NCBI GenBank assembly: GCA_964397565.1
Contig: CAYNJC010000024.1
Span: 2,535 to 66,534, forward strand
Source of the DNA: an uncultured bacterium
GTDB taxonomy: Bacteria; Auribacterota; UBA3054; JAPLST01
Direction of reading: 5' to 3'
DNA length: 64,000 nucleotides
The notes under the pieces are model-generated. The model did no database searches. It was not told the DNA's origin and worked only from the letters and a program-made list of their open reading frames with translations. Shown here piece by piece: positions 46,984 to 56,514 of this stretch; the first letter of the stretch is position 1, and each line of letters starts with the position of its first letter. The translations under genes were made by a program, and so were the position numbers.

Positions 46984-48030
46984 TCAGGGCGCGAGGTGGT
47001 CGAGGCGGGCGGTGAGCTCGGCCACGCGCTTTTCGAGCAACTTGATCGTGCGTGCCAGTTCAGGCAGGCGCACGACGACGCTCTCGCGCTTCTTGTACGT
47101 CATGTGGGGCGTGGCCGGCGAACCGATGTAGAAGCCCGCTTGCGTGAGTTCCTTGGTGACGCCGCACTGCGCGCCAATGATGATGTTGTCGTGAATCTTG
47201 ATGTGCCCGACCATGCCGGCTTGGCCGGCCATGATGACGTGATTGCCGACTTTGGCCGAGCCGCTCAAGCCGGCTTGGGCGCAAATGATGCTGTCCTCGC
47301 CGATTTCACAGTTGTGCGCGATCTGGACGAGATTGTCAATCTTGGTGCCACGCCGGATGATGGTGCGATCAAAGCGGGCGCGGTCAATCGTCGCATTGGC
47401 GCCGATCTCGACATCGTCTTCCAGAATGACCGTGCCGATCTGTGGGATTTTGACATGCTTTCCGTCGATTTGCTCGTAGCCAAAGCCATCCGTGCCGATC
47501 GCCGCGCCGACATGAATAATGACGCGCTGGCCGACCGCGCAACGCTCGCGAATGGTGACGCGCGGATACAGGAAGCAGTCGTTGCCCACGCGGGTGCAAT
47601 GCCCGATGTAGCAGAACGCGCCGATGACGACGTTGTCACCGATGGTGGCGCCGGGCTCGATGACGGCATACGGCTGGACAGAGACGTTCTTGCCGAGGAC
47701 GGCATCCGGCGCGACAATGGCGCTGGGATGCACGCCGGGCGCGTAGATGATCGGCGGCGGGGCCAAGGCGCGGGTCAGCACGTGGAACGCGTCGCGCGGA
47801 TTGCGCACGCGGATTTGCGGCATGCTGGCGGTCGTCTGCAAGTCGGCCCGGATCAAGACCGCGGCCGCGTGCGAATGCTGCAGCGCGTCAAGGTATTTCG
47901 GATCGACGACAAACGTCAGATCGCCCGGCTCGGCTTCATTGACACCGCGCACGTTATGCACGCGCACGGTGCCATCACCGACCACCTCGGCCTGCAACAA
48001 TTGGGCAATTTCGGCAACAGAAATATCCAC
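46984..48030 (-). CDS. lpxD: UDP-3-O-(3-hydroxyacyl)glucosamine N-acyltransferase
   Basis: DGFGY, KIPQIG, EIGANATIDR and GTKIDNLVQIAHN. Confidence 0.96.
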   Translation of the reverse strand: MDISVAEIAQLLQAEVVGDGTVRVHNVRGVNEAEPGDLTFVVDPKYLDALQHSHAAAVLIRADLQTTASMPQIRVRNPRDAFHVLTRALAPPPIIYAPGVHPSAIVAPDAVLGKNVSVQPYAVIEPGATIGDNVVIGAFCYIGHCTRVGNDCFLYPRVTIRERCAVGQRVIIHVGAAIGTDGFGYEQIDGKHVKIPQIGTVILEDDVEIGANATIDRARFDRTIIRRGTKIDNLVQIAHNCEIGEDSIICAQAGLSGSAKVGNHVIMAGQAGMVGHIKIHDNIIIGAQCGVTKELTQAGFYIGSPATPHMTYKKRESVVVRLPELARTIKLLEKRVAELTARLDHLAP

Positions 48031-48063
48031 GCGGGATTCCTCGGCTGGTACGATGGCGCGGCG

Positions 48064-48669
48064 CTACTGGACGCGCGTCGGCACTTTACGCTGCAACTTG
48101 TCTTTCTCTTTTTCGTAGTCCGCATTTAGCAGCTGCGTCACGCGCTCGGTCAAGTCGGTGACTTGCGCGGCGTTCAGGTACAGAATCGGCTTGACATCCA
48201 GGATCATGGTCAGGTGCTGATCACGGCCCAGTTGTTCGATGATCGCCCTGATTTTGTTGGCGATGCGCTTTAGATCCACGCTTTGGCGTTCAAGAATATC
48301 CTCGCGCGACTGGGTCTGGAAGTCCATCAATTCCTGGCGCTTGCGATTGTATTCGGGCAAGCGCGCCTTGCGCTGCTCTTCGGACATGACGCTGAGTTCC
48401 TCTTCGAGTTTGCGGATGGCCCCCAACTTTTGCTGGCCTTCCTCCTCTTTGAGATCGATCTTGGAGCGTGCTTCGCGATCAATCTCCTTGAATTCAAGCG
48501 CGCCCTGCAGCACCAGCTCGGTGTCGACCGAGCCAATCGTAAGAGGCCCCGCAGACGCGGTGACAGTCGCGGTCGCGGGGGCCGGCCCGGCGGCGCTGCA
48601 GAGACAGGTCGCGAGCGTCATGCCGCCGACCAAAAACCAAGATGCACGGGTGATCATAAGTGTGCTCAT
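48064..48669 (-). CDS. skp: OmpH/Skp outer-membrane protein chaperone
   Basis: Signal peptide, IGSVD, coiled coil and DLT..V C-terminus; directly upstream of lpxD. Confidence 0.8.
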   Translation of the reverse strand: MSTLMITRASWFLVGGMTLATCLCSAAGPAPATATVTASAGPLTIGSVDTELVLQGALEFKEIDREARSKIDLKEEEGQQKLGAIRKLEEELSVMSEEQRKARLPEYNRKRQELMDFQTQSREDILERQSVDLKRIANKIRAIIEQLGRDQHLTMILDVKPILYLNAAQVTDLTERVTQLLNADYEKEKDKLQRKVPTRVQ

Positions 48670-48954
48670 TCAATGGTTGGTTAGATGGTGGATATTGTAG
48701 CAGAACGGGCGCTGGATGTCAACGCGCGCGTGCCGGCCCCTGAAATCCCGAGGATGGTGGCGCCGAGCGTATTGAGGCAGAGTGCCGCCAAGGATCAGCT
48801 GGGAGTCAAATTGGTGGTACAACAGACACGCAGGTGCATGCTGCGCACCGTGCCAGCCAAATTGTCCACAGCGCGGGCACATATTTTACAGCAGCTCCGG
48901 CGAGAACATTTCTCAAACAATTGCACCGCATATAGTTATGGACAATGCACGGCA

Positions 48955-48969
48955 TGGCATTGCTTATGC
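48955..48969 (+). promoter_or_regulatory. Candidate sigma54 (-24/-12) promoter
   Basis: TGGCATTGCTTATGC has exact GG-N10-GC spacing, 45 nt before a small ORF. Confidence 0.45.
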
Positions 48970-49014
48970 CCACTATTATATGACAGTAGTCTTAACTCAA
49001 CCATCAAGGACTAT

Positions 49015-49221
49015 ATGAAAAGACTGTCAATCTGCCTAACGCTTGTTCTTGCTTGCCTGGTGACCGCCTCTGCTATGTTTGCCCAGACCCACGGCAGAGA
49101 TGCCAACAAATCGAGAAAACAGCCGAGCATGACCAACCGCGTCGATCGGATTGCGGTGACCAATGCTGCCGGCAAAGTAGTACACCCGGTGCGCAGGTCA
49201 GAACGTCGGGGCCAACGTTGA
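49015..49221 (+). CDS. Small basic exported protein (68 aa)
   Basis: AAGGA RBS, signal peptide MKRLSICLTLVLACLVTASAMFA, and its own terminator. Confidence 0.7.
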   Translation: MKRLSICLTLVLACLVTASAMFAQTHGRDANKSRKQPSMTNRVDRIAVTNAAGKVVHPVRRSERRGQR

Positions 49222-49231
49222 ATTCGACAAC

Positions 49232-49266
49232 TGGCGGTCTGCCGTTATCGGCAGGCCGTCTTTTTT
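49232..49266 (+). terminator. Rho-independent terminator
   Basis: GGCGGTCTGCCG-TTAT-CGGCAGGCCGTC followed by TTTTTTT. Confidence 0.8.
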
Positions 49267-49314
49267 GTGCATGGGCAGCGCGCCGCGACGTGTTAGCCAA
49301 GGTTCTCTGGGCGA

Positions 49315-50535
49315 TCAGATGATGTGCGTTGCGCGTCCGGCTTGGAGAAAACGTTTGAGGATGCGCGCGATGTGTTCGTCGGTATGGATGGCGCTGACGC
49401 TCAGGCGCAAGCGTTCGCCACCCGGCGGCACTGCCGGCGCGATCACCAAGCTGGTGAAGACGCCTTGGGCGTAGAGGGTCCGCCACAAGGCCGCCGCACG
49501 TTCCATACTGCCGATCAACACGGGAATAATGGGCGTCACGGACGCGCCGACATCAAATCCCAAATCGTGCAGGCCGTTGCGCAAGAGGTCTGAAACCTGG
49601 CGCAAGCGCACGCGCCGTTCCGGCTCTTGCTGCACGATCTCCAGTGACGCGATCACGGCGGCGGCCATCGGCGCCGACAGAGCTGCTGAGAAAATCAGTG
49701 AGCGCGCATGATGGCGCACATAATCGATCACATTCCTGGTTCCGGCAATAAAGCCGCCCGAGGCCGCCAAGGCCTTTGAAAACGTGCCCATGACCACGTC
49801 GACCTCATCGAGGCAGCCGAGTTCCTCCGCAGTACCGGCGCCGTTGGCGCCCAGAACACCGATGCCATGCGCGTCATCCACGATCACGCGCGCGCCGTGC
49901 GCATGTGCTGTGGCGAGCAGCGTCGGCAACGGCGCGATGTCGCCATCCATGCTATAGACGCCCTCAATCACGACCAACGCGCCGCCATCCTCATCCGTTT
50001 TTTCCAGCAGGGCCGCCAAGGCCGCGGCATCATTGTGCGGAAAGCGGGCCATGCGCGCATGCGACAGGCAGCAGCCATCCAAGATGGACGCATGCACCAG
50101 CTTGTCGGCAAACACCCAATCCTTGCGGTGGGCCAGGGCGCTGATCAGGCCCAGATTGGCTTGCATGCCGGTGCTGAACACCAAAGCCGCCTCCTTGCGC
50201 ACGAAGGCCGCCAAGCGCGTCTCCAGCTTTTCATGAATACGCAAGGTGCCCGCCAGAAAACGCGAGGAACAACAGCCCGTGCCGTAGTGGTGCAAAGCGT
50301 GCGCCGCCGCCGCCTGCACGCGCGGATCGTGCGCCAGCCCCAAATAGTCATTCGAGGCCAGCATCAACATGGTCTGGCCGGCAATCACCACCTCCGGTCC
50401 GGGCGCTGATTCGAGCACGTGAAAGTACGGATAGTACCCGCAACGCCGTGCTTCTTCCGCCGTCCGGTATTCCGCACAACGGGTGAAGATATCCTTCACT
50501 TTACGCGTGGACATAGTGTGCATAGGTTGCTGCAT
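49315..50535 (-). CDS. Alpha-oxoamine synthase family PLP enzyme, serine palmitoyltransferase-like
   Basis: GYYPYF N-terminal motif, SNDYLGL, GTGCCSSRFLAGT, HASILDG, DDAHGIG and GTFSK(PLP). Confidence 0.75.
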   Translation of the reverse strand: MQQPMHTMSTRKVKDIFTRCAEYRTAEEARRCGYYPYFHVLESAPGPEVVIAGQTMLMLASNDYLGLAHDPRVQAAAAHALHHYGTGCCSSRFLAGTLRIHEKLETRLAAFVRKEAALVFSTGMQANLGLISALAHRKDWVFADKLVHASILDGCCLSHARMARFPHNDAAALAALLEKTDEDGGALVVIEGVYSMDGDIAPLPTLLATAHAHGARVIVDDAHGIGVLGANGAGTAEELGCLDEVDVVMGTFSKALAASGGFIAGTRNVIDYVRHHARSLIFSAALSAPMAAAVIASLEIVQQEPERRVRLRQVSDLLRNGLHDLGFDVGASVTPIIPVLIGSMERAAALWRTLYAQGVFTSLVIAPAVPPGGERLRLSVSAIHTDEHIARILKRFLQAGRATHII

Positions 50536-50634
50536 TCCTCGTTAGCTCTCTAAGTGATACTTCGTGTCGCGTGATGATGCGGGTTACGGCCAGTCTGTAA
50601 CGTGCCGTTGATCACCACCGCCGCTTGACAGGGT

Positions 50635-50663
50635 AGTATAGCATAGCGGCGTGCGAGATGCAA
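50635..50663 (-). promoter_or_regulatory. Promoter TTGCAT-N17-TATACT with extended -10
   Basis: ATGCTATACT upstream of the SPT-like gene. Confidence 0.65.
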
Positions 50664-50699
50664 CTGGAATGCGCGACAGGGTTACGCATACTGCGGCGG

Positions 50700-50728
50700 T
50701 TGACGCGCGTGCGCAAGTCTGGTACTAT
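50700..50728 (+). promoter_or_regulatory. sigma70 promoter of the fcl operon
   Basis: TTGACG-N17-TACTAT. Confidence 0.6.
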
Positions 50729-50752
50729 ACTGCATCAACCACCACGAGAACC

Positions 50753-51691
50753 ATGAGTACGTTTGAAACGCAACGCATCTGTATTACCGGCGGCGCGGGC
50801 TTTCTGGGCTCGCATCTGGTTGCGCATCTGCGCACGCGCGGCTGCCGCAACATATATATCCCGACCATCGAGGAATACGACCTGACGCGCGAGCCCGATG
50901 TGGTGCGCATGTATGCCACGGCCAAGCCGGATGTGGTCATTCACTTGGCCGCGATCGTGGGTGGCATCGGCGCAAATCGCGCACACCCTGGCTCGTTTTA
51001 CTATAAGAATATGATGATGGGCGCCCTGCTGATTGAGCATGCCCGCCTGACCGGCATCCGGAAGTTCGTGGCCATCGGCACGATTTGCGCCTACCCGAAA
51101 TTCACGCCGGTGCCGTTCAAGGAAGAGGAGTTGTGGAATGGCTATCCGGAGGAAACCAATGCGCCCTATGGCATCGCCAAGAAATGCATGCTGGTGCAAC
51201 TGCAATCCTATCGTGAAGAGTACGGCATGCATGGCATCTTCTTGCTGCCGGTGAATTTGTATGGCCCGCGCGACAACTTCAACGAGCAGACGTCCCATGT
51301 GATTCCGGCGCTGATCCGCAAGTGCGTCGAAGCCAAGCAGGCGGGTGCAGCCAGCGTCGCCTGCTGGGGCACGGGCAACGCCACGCGTGAGTTCCTGTTT
51401 GTCGAAGATGCGGCGGCGGCGATCGCCTTGGCCACCGAGCGTTATGACGGCGCGGCGCCGGTCAACATCGGGGCCGGCTTTGAAATCCGCATTCGCGCCT
51501 TGGCCGAACTGATCGCGCGCAAGACCGGCTTCACCGGCCAGCTCGTCTGGGACCCGACCCAACCCGACGGCCAGCCACGCCGCTGTCTCGACGTCGCGCG
51601 TGCCGAGGCCTTGTTCGGGTTCCGTGCCCGCACGTCGTTTGAGGATGGCCTGCAAAAAACGATTGACTGGTATGTCCAAACGCATTCTTGA
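50753..51691 (+). CDS. fcl: GDP-L-fucose synthase
   Basis: [51 protein letters not shown] and PDGQPRR. Confidence 0.93.
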   Translation: MSTFETQRICITGGAGFLGSHLVAHLRTRGCRNIYIPTIEEYDLTREPDVVRMYATAKPDVVIHLAAIVGGIGANRAHPGSFYYKNMMMGALLIEHARLTGIRKFVAIGTICAYPKFTPVPFKEEELWNGYPEETNAPYGIAKKCMLVQLQSYREEYGMHGIFLLPVNLYGPRDNFNEQTSHVIPALIRKCVEAKQAGAASVACWGTGNATREFLFVEDAAAAIALATERYDGAAPVNIGAGFEIRIRALAELIARKTGFTGQLVWDPTQPDGQPRRCLDVARAEALFGFRARTSFEDGLQKTIDWYVQTHS

Positions 51692-52286
51692 TCTGGCGCT
51701 GGTCCTACCGCTGTTGGTGCTGACCGCGCCGTTGCTGGCGTGTATCGCGGTGTGGATCAAACTGGATTCGCGCGGCCCGGTCTTGTTTCATCAAACGCGG
51801 GTGGGCCAAGGCGGCCGGCTATTTTCCATTCTGAAATTCCGCACGATGGTGGTGGATGCCGAGCAACGCGGCTACTACACTGCGGAACACGATCCGCGCA
51901 TCACCCGGTGCGGCGCATTGCTGCGCCGCACTAGCCTGGATGAGCTGCCGCAACTCCTTAATATCTTACGCGGTGAGATGAGCGTGGTCGGCCCGCGCCC
52001 GACCTTGCCGTATCAAGTGGAGCAGTATACGCCGCGGCAACGCCGGCGCTTGGCAGTCAAGCCGGGTGTCACCGGCTGGGCCCAGGTCAACGGCCGCAAC
52101 AGGCTGTCGTGGCCGCAACGGATCGAACGTGATGTCTGGTATGTGGAGCACCAATCGCTCTGGCTTGATCTGCGGATTCTGGCGCGGACGCTGCGGGTCT
52201 GGCTGCGTGGCGAAGGCGTCTATGCCGACAAAGACAACTTCAAACTCAGCGCGCAGGATGATGCGCAGCTGGGCGGTCCAACGTGA
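51672..52286 (+). CDS. Small monotopic phosphoglycosyl transferase (Bac_transf/PglC-like)
   Basis: [25 protein letters not shown] and [14 protein letters not shown]. Confidence 0.92.
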   Translation: MSKRILDLALVLPLLVLTAPLLACIAVWIKLDSRGPVLFHQTRVGQGGRLFSILKFRTMVVDAEQRGYYTAEHDPRITRCGALLRRTSLDELPQLLNILRGEMSVVGPRPTLPYQVEQYTPRQRRRLAVKPGVTGWAQVNGRNRLSWPQRIERDVWYVEHQSLWLDLRILARTLRVWLRGEGVYADKDNFKLSAQDDAQLGGPT

Positions 52287-52939
52287 TCCTGGCCTTCGAG
52301 ACGGCGGCCTATCGCGGCGCTTCGCTGGCCTTGCTGGAGGGCGACACCTGCCTGCGGCAGATTGCGTTTGACACGCCGCGCACGCTGACCAGCGCGCTGG
52401 TGCCGGCGGTGCAAGGCCTGCTGGCCGAGGCGCGCATTACGCCGGCGGCGCTGCGCCTGCTGGCCATAGACTGCGGCCCGGGTTCGTTTACCGGCATGCG
52501 CATCGGCGTGGCGGTGGTCAACGGCTTGGCCGATGCCTGGGGTATTCCCACGTGCGGCATTGCCCAGTTTGACTTGTGGCCGCAGCCAGCCGGGCAAGAT
52601 CTGGCGCAGTTGCTCATGATTGATGCGCAAGCCAGCCATGGGGCGCATTACCAACTGACGCTGCCCGATGGCACGCGCGAGCGCGGGTTCACGAGGTATG
52701 CCGCGCTGCCGGAGGTGCTGCACGCCGCGGGCGACATCACCGGCATGATCTACAGCGACCGGCCGCTCGATGTGTGCGACACGCTGGGCTGGCGGGTGGT
52801 GGTTGTGCCGCCGCCGGCAACCGCGGCACAGGTTGGCCGGGTTGCCATGGCCGCCATGGCCGCCGGCGTGCGCGGCGCGGTTGCACCACTGTATCTGCAC
52901 GCCACGCAGTATACCCGAACTCCGGCGCCGGCGTGCTGA
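52283..52939 (+). CDS. tsaB: tRNA threonylcarbamoyladenosine biosynthesis protein TsaB
   Basis: [21 protein letters not shown] and PLY C-terminus. Confidence 0.88.
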   Translation: MILAFETAAYRGASLALLEGDTCLRQIAFDTPRTLTSALVPAVQGLLAEARITPAALRLLAIDCGPGSFTGMRIGVAVVNGLADAWGIPTCGIAQFDLWPQPAGQDLAQLLMIDAQASHGAHYQLTLPDGTRERGFTRYAALPEVLHAAGDITGMIYSDRPLDVCDTLGWRVVVVPPPATAAQVGRVAMAAMAAGVRGAVAPLYLHATQYTRTPAPAC

Positions 52940-53427
52940 ACGGGCCGACGCGCGCGCAGCGTTTTGGCGCCGTGGCCATCATCTGGATGGCGCTGATCTC
53001 GAGCACCTCGGCGCAACCCAAACAGCGTTTGCATTTCATGCAGCATTTCTATGACGCCCCCCATCACCTCCTGGCGCTGTGTTCGCCGGCGACGCGCGCG
53101 CACGGCCTGGTCGGCTGGCTCGAACAGCAGAATTATGCACATATACTAGACAAGCCGCTGCATGTGGTTGCGTATGCGGTGCTGGCACTGCTGTGGCTGC
53201 AGTCTCTGCGCGCGGCGCGTCGTCCGCGCCTGTGCCACAACGCCCTCGCGTGGGCGGCGCTTCTCACTCTTGTGTTTGCCGTCTTCGATGAATGGCATCA
53301 ATCGTTTACCCCCGGCCGCGAAATGCGTGCCAGCGATGTGCTGGCTGACGCGGTCGGCGTGCTGGTGGTCGCGGCTTGGGCGCGCCTTGGCGCCGGGCTT
53401 CGGCCAGCGCCAGCTAACGAGAAGTAA
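52933..53427 (+). CDS. VanZ family membrane protein
   Basis: DKPLHVVAYAVL and DEWHQSFTPGR...DVLAD. GTG start overlapping the tsaB stop is inferred. Confidence 0.8.
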   Translation: MLNGPTRAQRFGAVAIIWMALISSTSAQPKQRLHFMQHFYDAPHHLLALCSPATRAHGLVGWLEQQNYAHILDKPLHVVAYAVLALLWLQSLRAARRPRLCHNALAWAALLTLVFAVFDEWHQSFTPGREMRASDVLADAVGVLVVAAWARLGAGLRPAPANEK

Positions 53428-53482
53428 GATATGCCACGGCCCCACGGTTGACAGTGCCGACGCACGTGGCTAACATGGACAG

Positions 53483-54136
53483 GTGATTATGGAACAGACC
53501 CGACAGGAAGAGTTGGTGAATACCTTGACGCATGCCTTTGGCGTGCTCTTAAGCATTGGTGGCACGGCCGTCCTGCTGGTCTTTGCCGTCCTGCACGGAA
53601 CGGTCTGGCATGTGGTTGCGTGCAGCATTTACGGGGCCACGCTGGTCGCCATGTTTGCCGCCTCCAGCGTCTATCATCATGTTGCCTCGCCGCGCATCAA
53701 ACACCTTTTGAACATCATGGATCACAGCGCGATTTATTTGTTGATCGCGGGAACCTACACGCCGTTTACGCTGACGATCTTGCGGCGTGGCGGGCTCGGC
53801 TGGCCGTTATTTGGCCTGGTGTGGGGTTGCGCGCTGGCCGGGATTGCGGTGAAAACCATGTTTGTTGGCCGCTGGCGCCTGGTCTCGACGGCGCTGTATG
53901 TTGTCTTGGGCTGGCTGTGCGTGATCGCCTACAAACCATTGCTGGCCGGGCTTGGCACGGGCGGTACGGTCTTGCTGTTGAGCGGTGGCGCGGCCTACAC
54001 GCTGGGGGTCATTTTCTACTTGTGGCGCACGCTGCCGTACAGCCACGCCGTCTGGCATGTGTTTGTGCTGGTGGGCGGCATCCTGCAGTATCTGTGTGTG
54101 CTGCTCTACGTGGTGCCGCTGCTGCAGCCGCAGTAG
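53483..54136 (+). CDS. Hemolysin III / PAQR family membrane protein
   Basis: EELVNTLTH, SSVYH, DHSAIYLLIAGTYTPF and HAVWHVFV. Confidence 0.93.
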   Translation: MIMEQTRQEELVNTLTHAFGVLLSIGGTAVLLVFAVLHGTVWHVVACSIYGATLVAMFAASSVYHHVASPRIKHLLNIMDHSAIYLLIAGTYTPFTLTILRRGGLGWPLFGLVWGCALAGIAVKTMFVGRWRLVSTALYVVLGWLCVIAYKPLLAGLGTGGTVLLLSGGAAYTLGVIFYLWRTLPYSHAVWHVFVLVGGILQYLCVLLYVVPLLQPQ

Positions 54137-54168
54137 TGTGCGCCTAGTCTGCGCCGTCGCAGGATAGC

Positions 54169-55425
54169 CTAACGGACGCGCCGACGCAGCTCATCGAAAA
54201 CGCGTTTGAGTAGTTGGGTGAGATTGCTGGTGAAATAGAGCACGGTGGCGGTGTCGCTCAGCACGGCGCTGACGCCGTGGGCGATGTGGGACACGCCATA
54301 GATGGTATCGCCGGTATTCAGGCGATGCGTATCCGCGCCATGCGTGAAATCAATGGCACCCTGCATGACCATCACAAAGATTTGGCCGGGCGCCTGCGTG
54401 GTTTGTGGCACAAAGCCCTTGCGGTCATATTCGCGACATTCCGGGAAGAACATCGGCTCGCCCAGGTCGGGCACCACCAGCGGTGCGCCGCGATACCGGT
54501 GACCGCCTTCAACGCGGGCCTTCAAGACGCGTTCGCCGACCGGGATGAATGACGCGCGGCACGTGCTGACTTCCTCATCGAAGAAATAGGCGACCGGCAC
54601 GTTCAGCGCGCGCGCAATCAGTTCGAGGGTGGTGAGCGAGGGTTTGGACCGGCCGGATTCGATGTGCGAGATCATGCCATAACTCAGGCCGGTCTTGGAG
54701 CGCATGGTGGTTTGCAGAAAGCCGCGCTGCGAGCGCGCGTACCGAATGCGCCACGCCAGCCGCTGGATCGGCGACAAGTGTTGTGGGGCGCGCGGTGGCC
54801 GCGCAAACAGGCCGCGCGGGTCAAGCCGCATGTCCAGCCAGCCATACAACTCGTCGGTGTAACAGACCAGATACTCGGCATGCTCGCTGTTGACTGCAAT
54901 CGGCCCGTGTTCTTCGTGACTGTGGAAAAAGACGCTGTCGCCAGGATTGACGGTGAAGATCTCGTCGCCGCAGGCATAGTTGAACGAGCCGCTCATGCCA
55001 TAGATCAGCTGGTCGCCGCGCAACGACACTTTTTGACTCGAAAACGAGTGGCGATGCACGCGCACCAAGACAGGACCCATCTCTTGTGGCTTGATGCCGT
55101 CGAGGACCAAGCCGGTGTCTTCATAGCGCATGCGGCCGTCGCGCGTCACGCCATAGCCGCGATCCGCCACATGTTGAACGACATAATCGTGCGGGCTGAT
55201 CACCGGTTCCGCGAACAACTCCGACAACGAAATGTTCAGGGCGCGGGCGATGGCAAATAAGGTATCAATGGACGGATGAATCTTGCCGCGCTCGATCATC
55301 GAGATCATGGCCGGGGTTACCTGTGCCCGTTGGGCCAGCTCACGCAAGCCCAGATTGCCACGCTGCCGTTGCGCCCGCAGACGCGCGGGAAACCGTTCAA
55401 GCGGGTTGCTGTTTGCTTCTGCCAT
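54169..55425 (-). CDS. Tandem (XRE HTH-cupin)x2 transcriptional regulator
   Basis: Two HTH_3 domains (ISMIERGKIHPSIDTL, ISHIESGRSKPSLTTL), each followed by a cupin domain (GDSVFF..H, GDTIY..H); AAGGAGG RBS. Confidence 0.85.
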   Translation of the reverse strand: MAEANSNPLERFPARLRAQRQRGNLGLRELAQRAQVTPAMISMIERGKIHPSIDTLFAIARALNISLSELFAEPVISPHDYVVQHVADRGYGVTRDGRMRYEDTGLVLDGIKPQEMGPVLVRVHRHSFSSQKVSLRGDQLIYGMSGSFNYACGDEIFTVNPGDSVFFHSHEEHGPIAVNSEHAEYLVCYTDELYGWLDMRLDPRGLFARPPRAPQHLSPIQRLAWRIRYARSQRGFLQTTMRSKTGLSYGMISHIESGRSKPSLTTLELIARALNVPVAYFFDEEVSTCRASFIPVGERVLKARVEGGHRYRGAPLVVPDLGEPMFFPECREYDRKGFVPQTTQAPGQIFVMVMQGAIDFTHGADTHRLNTGDTIYGVSHIAHGVSAVLSDTATVLYFTSNLTQLLKRVFDELRRRVR

Positions 55426-55505
55426 AAACGCCTCCTTGACGCTTCAACAAATGTCGCGCCGTTACACTAGCGTAACCAGACGCAACAAAATACTGGCTAA
55501 ACTCG

Positions 55506-55533
55506 TTGACAAGTATAGCATACTTCTTGTTAA
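55506..55533. promoter_or_regulatory. Extended -10 (ATGCTATACT, minus strand) embedded in palindrome AAGTAT-AGC-ATACTT; candidate operator
   Basis: Upstream of the XRE-cupin gene; a second palindrome GTTAC-N6-GTAAC lies at 55461-55476. Confidence 0.5.
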
Positions 55534-55878
55534 TTTGCACTAACCTTGCGGGTGGCGCAGGCTTTTGGCCGCTTTCGGGATGGGCGTGGGCAGATGGCTG
55601 GGATGGCAGGGCGTGCACGGCGGCAATGCGCCTGCTGGTGGGGCGAAGACGCAGATTGGGCGTGTGGCACGACAGCCGGGGTGCACGAAATCCCCCGGCG
55701 CTGCTGCGCCCGCCCCTCCCGCCGTTGGCGGGAAAAGGGGGACCAGAGCGCGGCACAAGTGCCAGGCCCCTATTGGCGCGCCTTTTACACAGTTGGTCGC
55801 GTGTCGCATTTGGGGTGGGGTTTCGGGTTTGCTCTCGTCAGCCCGCTGCATTTTCCCACGGAAATCCCGGAAGAACCC

Positions 55879-55913
55879 AAAAAAGAGAAGGGCGCCCGTG
55901 GGCGCCCTTCTCA
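55879..55913 (-). terminator. Rho-independent terminator
   Basis: Minus strand reads GAGAAGGGCGCCC-AC-GGGCGCCCTTCTC followed by TTTTTT. Confidence 0.85.
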
Positions 55914-55934
55914 CAAACCTAACAGCAAGCCAGC

Positions 55935-56327
55935 TTACTTCTGCGGTGCCGGGAAGGCAGCTGCAGCCGTACCACAAGCATCGCGCTCGAGGTAGATCGG
56001 CTTGACGCAGAACGGCAGGTAGCTGTTGCCTTCATCCGGCAGCAAGCCGAGGGTCAGCACGTCGCCGAGGCCGCCGAGCAACCGGCCAACCGCGTAGACG
56101 GTGCCCTTCACCGGGCCGATCACCAGGCCGACAACACTGTACTCATTGACATCTTTGAAGAGCCAATGCGTGATCTCGGTCGGGGAAACGACCATGTTCT
56201 CGATGCCGCGCTGCAAGCCTTTGGTCATCAAAGAACCGGTGTTGTTCGACCACGCCGGAAAGCCTTCGGCGAGGGCGAGGCCAGCAACCAAGCTTGCTGC
56301 CAGTGCTACTGCGATGATATGCTTCAT
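55935..56327 (-). CDS. Exosortase-system-associated protein (TIGR04073-like)
   Basis: Signal peptide; KGLQRGIENM...EI...G.VKG...R...G..DVLT pattern; AAGGAG RBS. Confidence 0.65.
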   Translation of the reverse strand: MKHIIAVALAASLVAGLALAEGFPAWSNNTGSLMTKGLQRGIENMVVSPTEITHWLFKDVNEYSVVGLVIGPVKGTVYAVGRLLGGLGDVLTLGLLPDEGNSYLPFCVKPIYLERDACGTAAAAFPAPQK

Positions 56328-56398
56328 ACTATCTCCTTATGGTATCGTTACGTGTGATTGCTGCCGTTAAGCAACGGCACCGACAACCACTTATAGGC

Positions 56399-56427
56399 AC
56401 TATAGCATATTTATCATGAAAATGCAA
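56399..56427 (-). promoter_or_regulatory. Promoter TTGCAT-N17-TATAGT with extended -10
   Basis: ATGCTATAGT. Confidence 0.6.
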
Positions 56428-56514
56428 GGGGTGGGGAAAACCGGGCTATCCGGCACAAAATAGGCGGACTAGGGAGCCCGCCTGGAAAGCACTGCAGATA
56501 GGAGCGGAGGCTGA

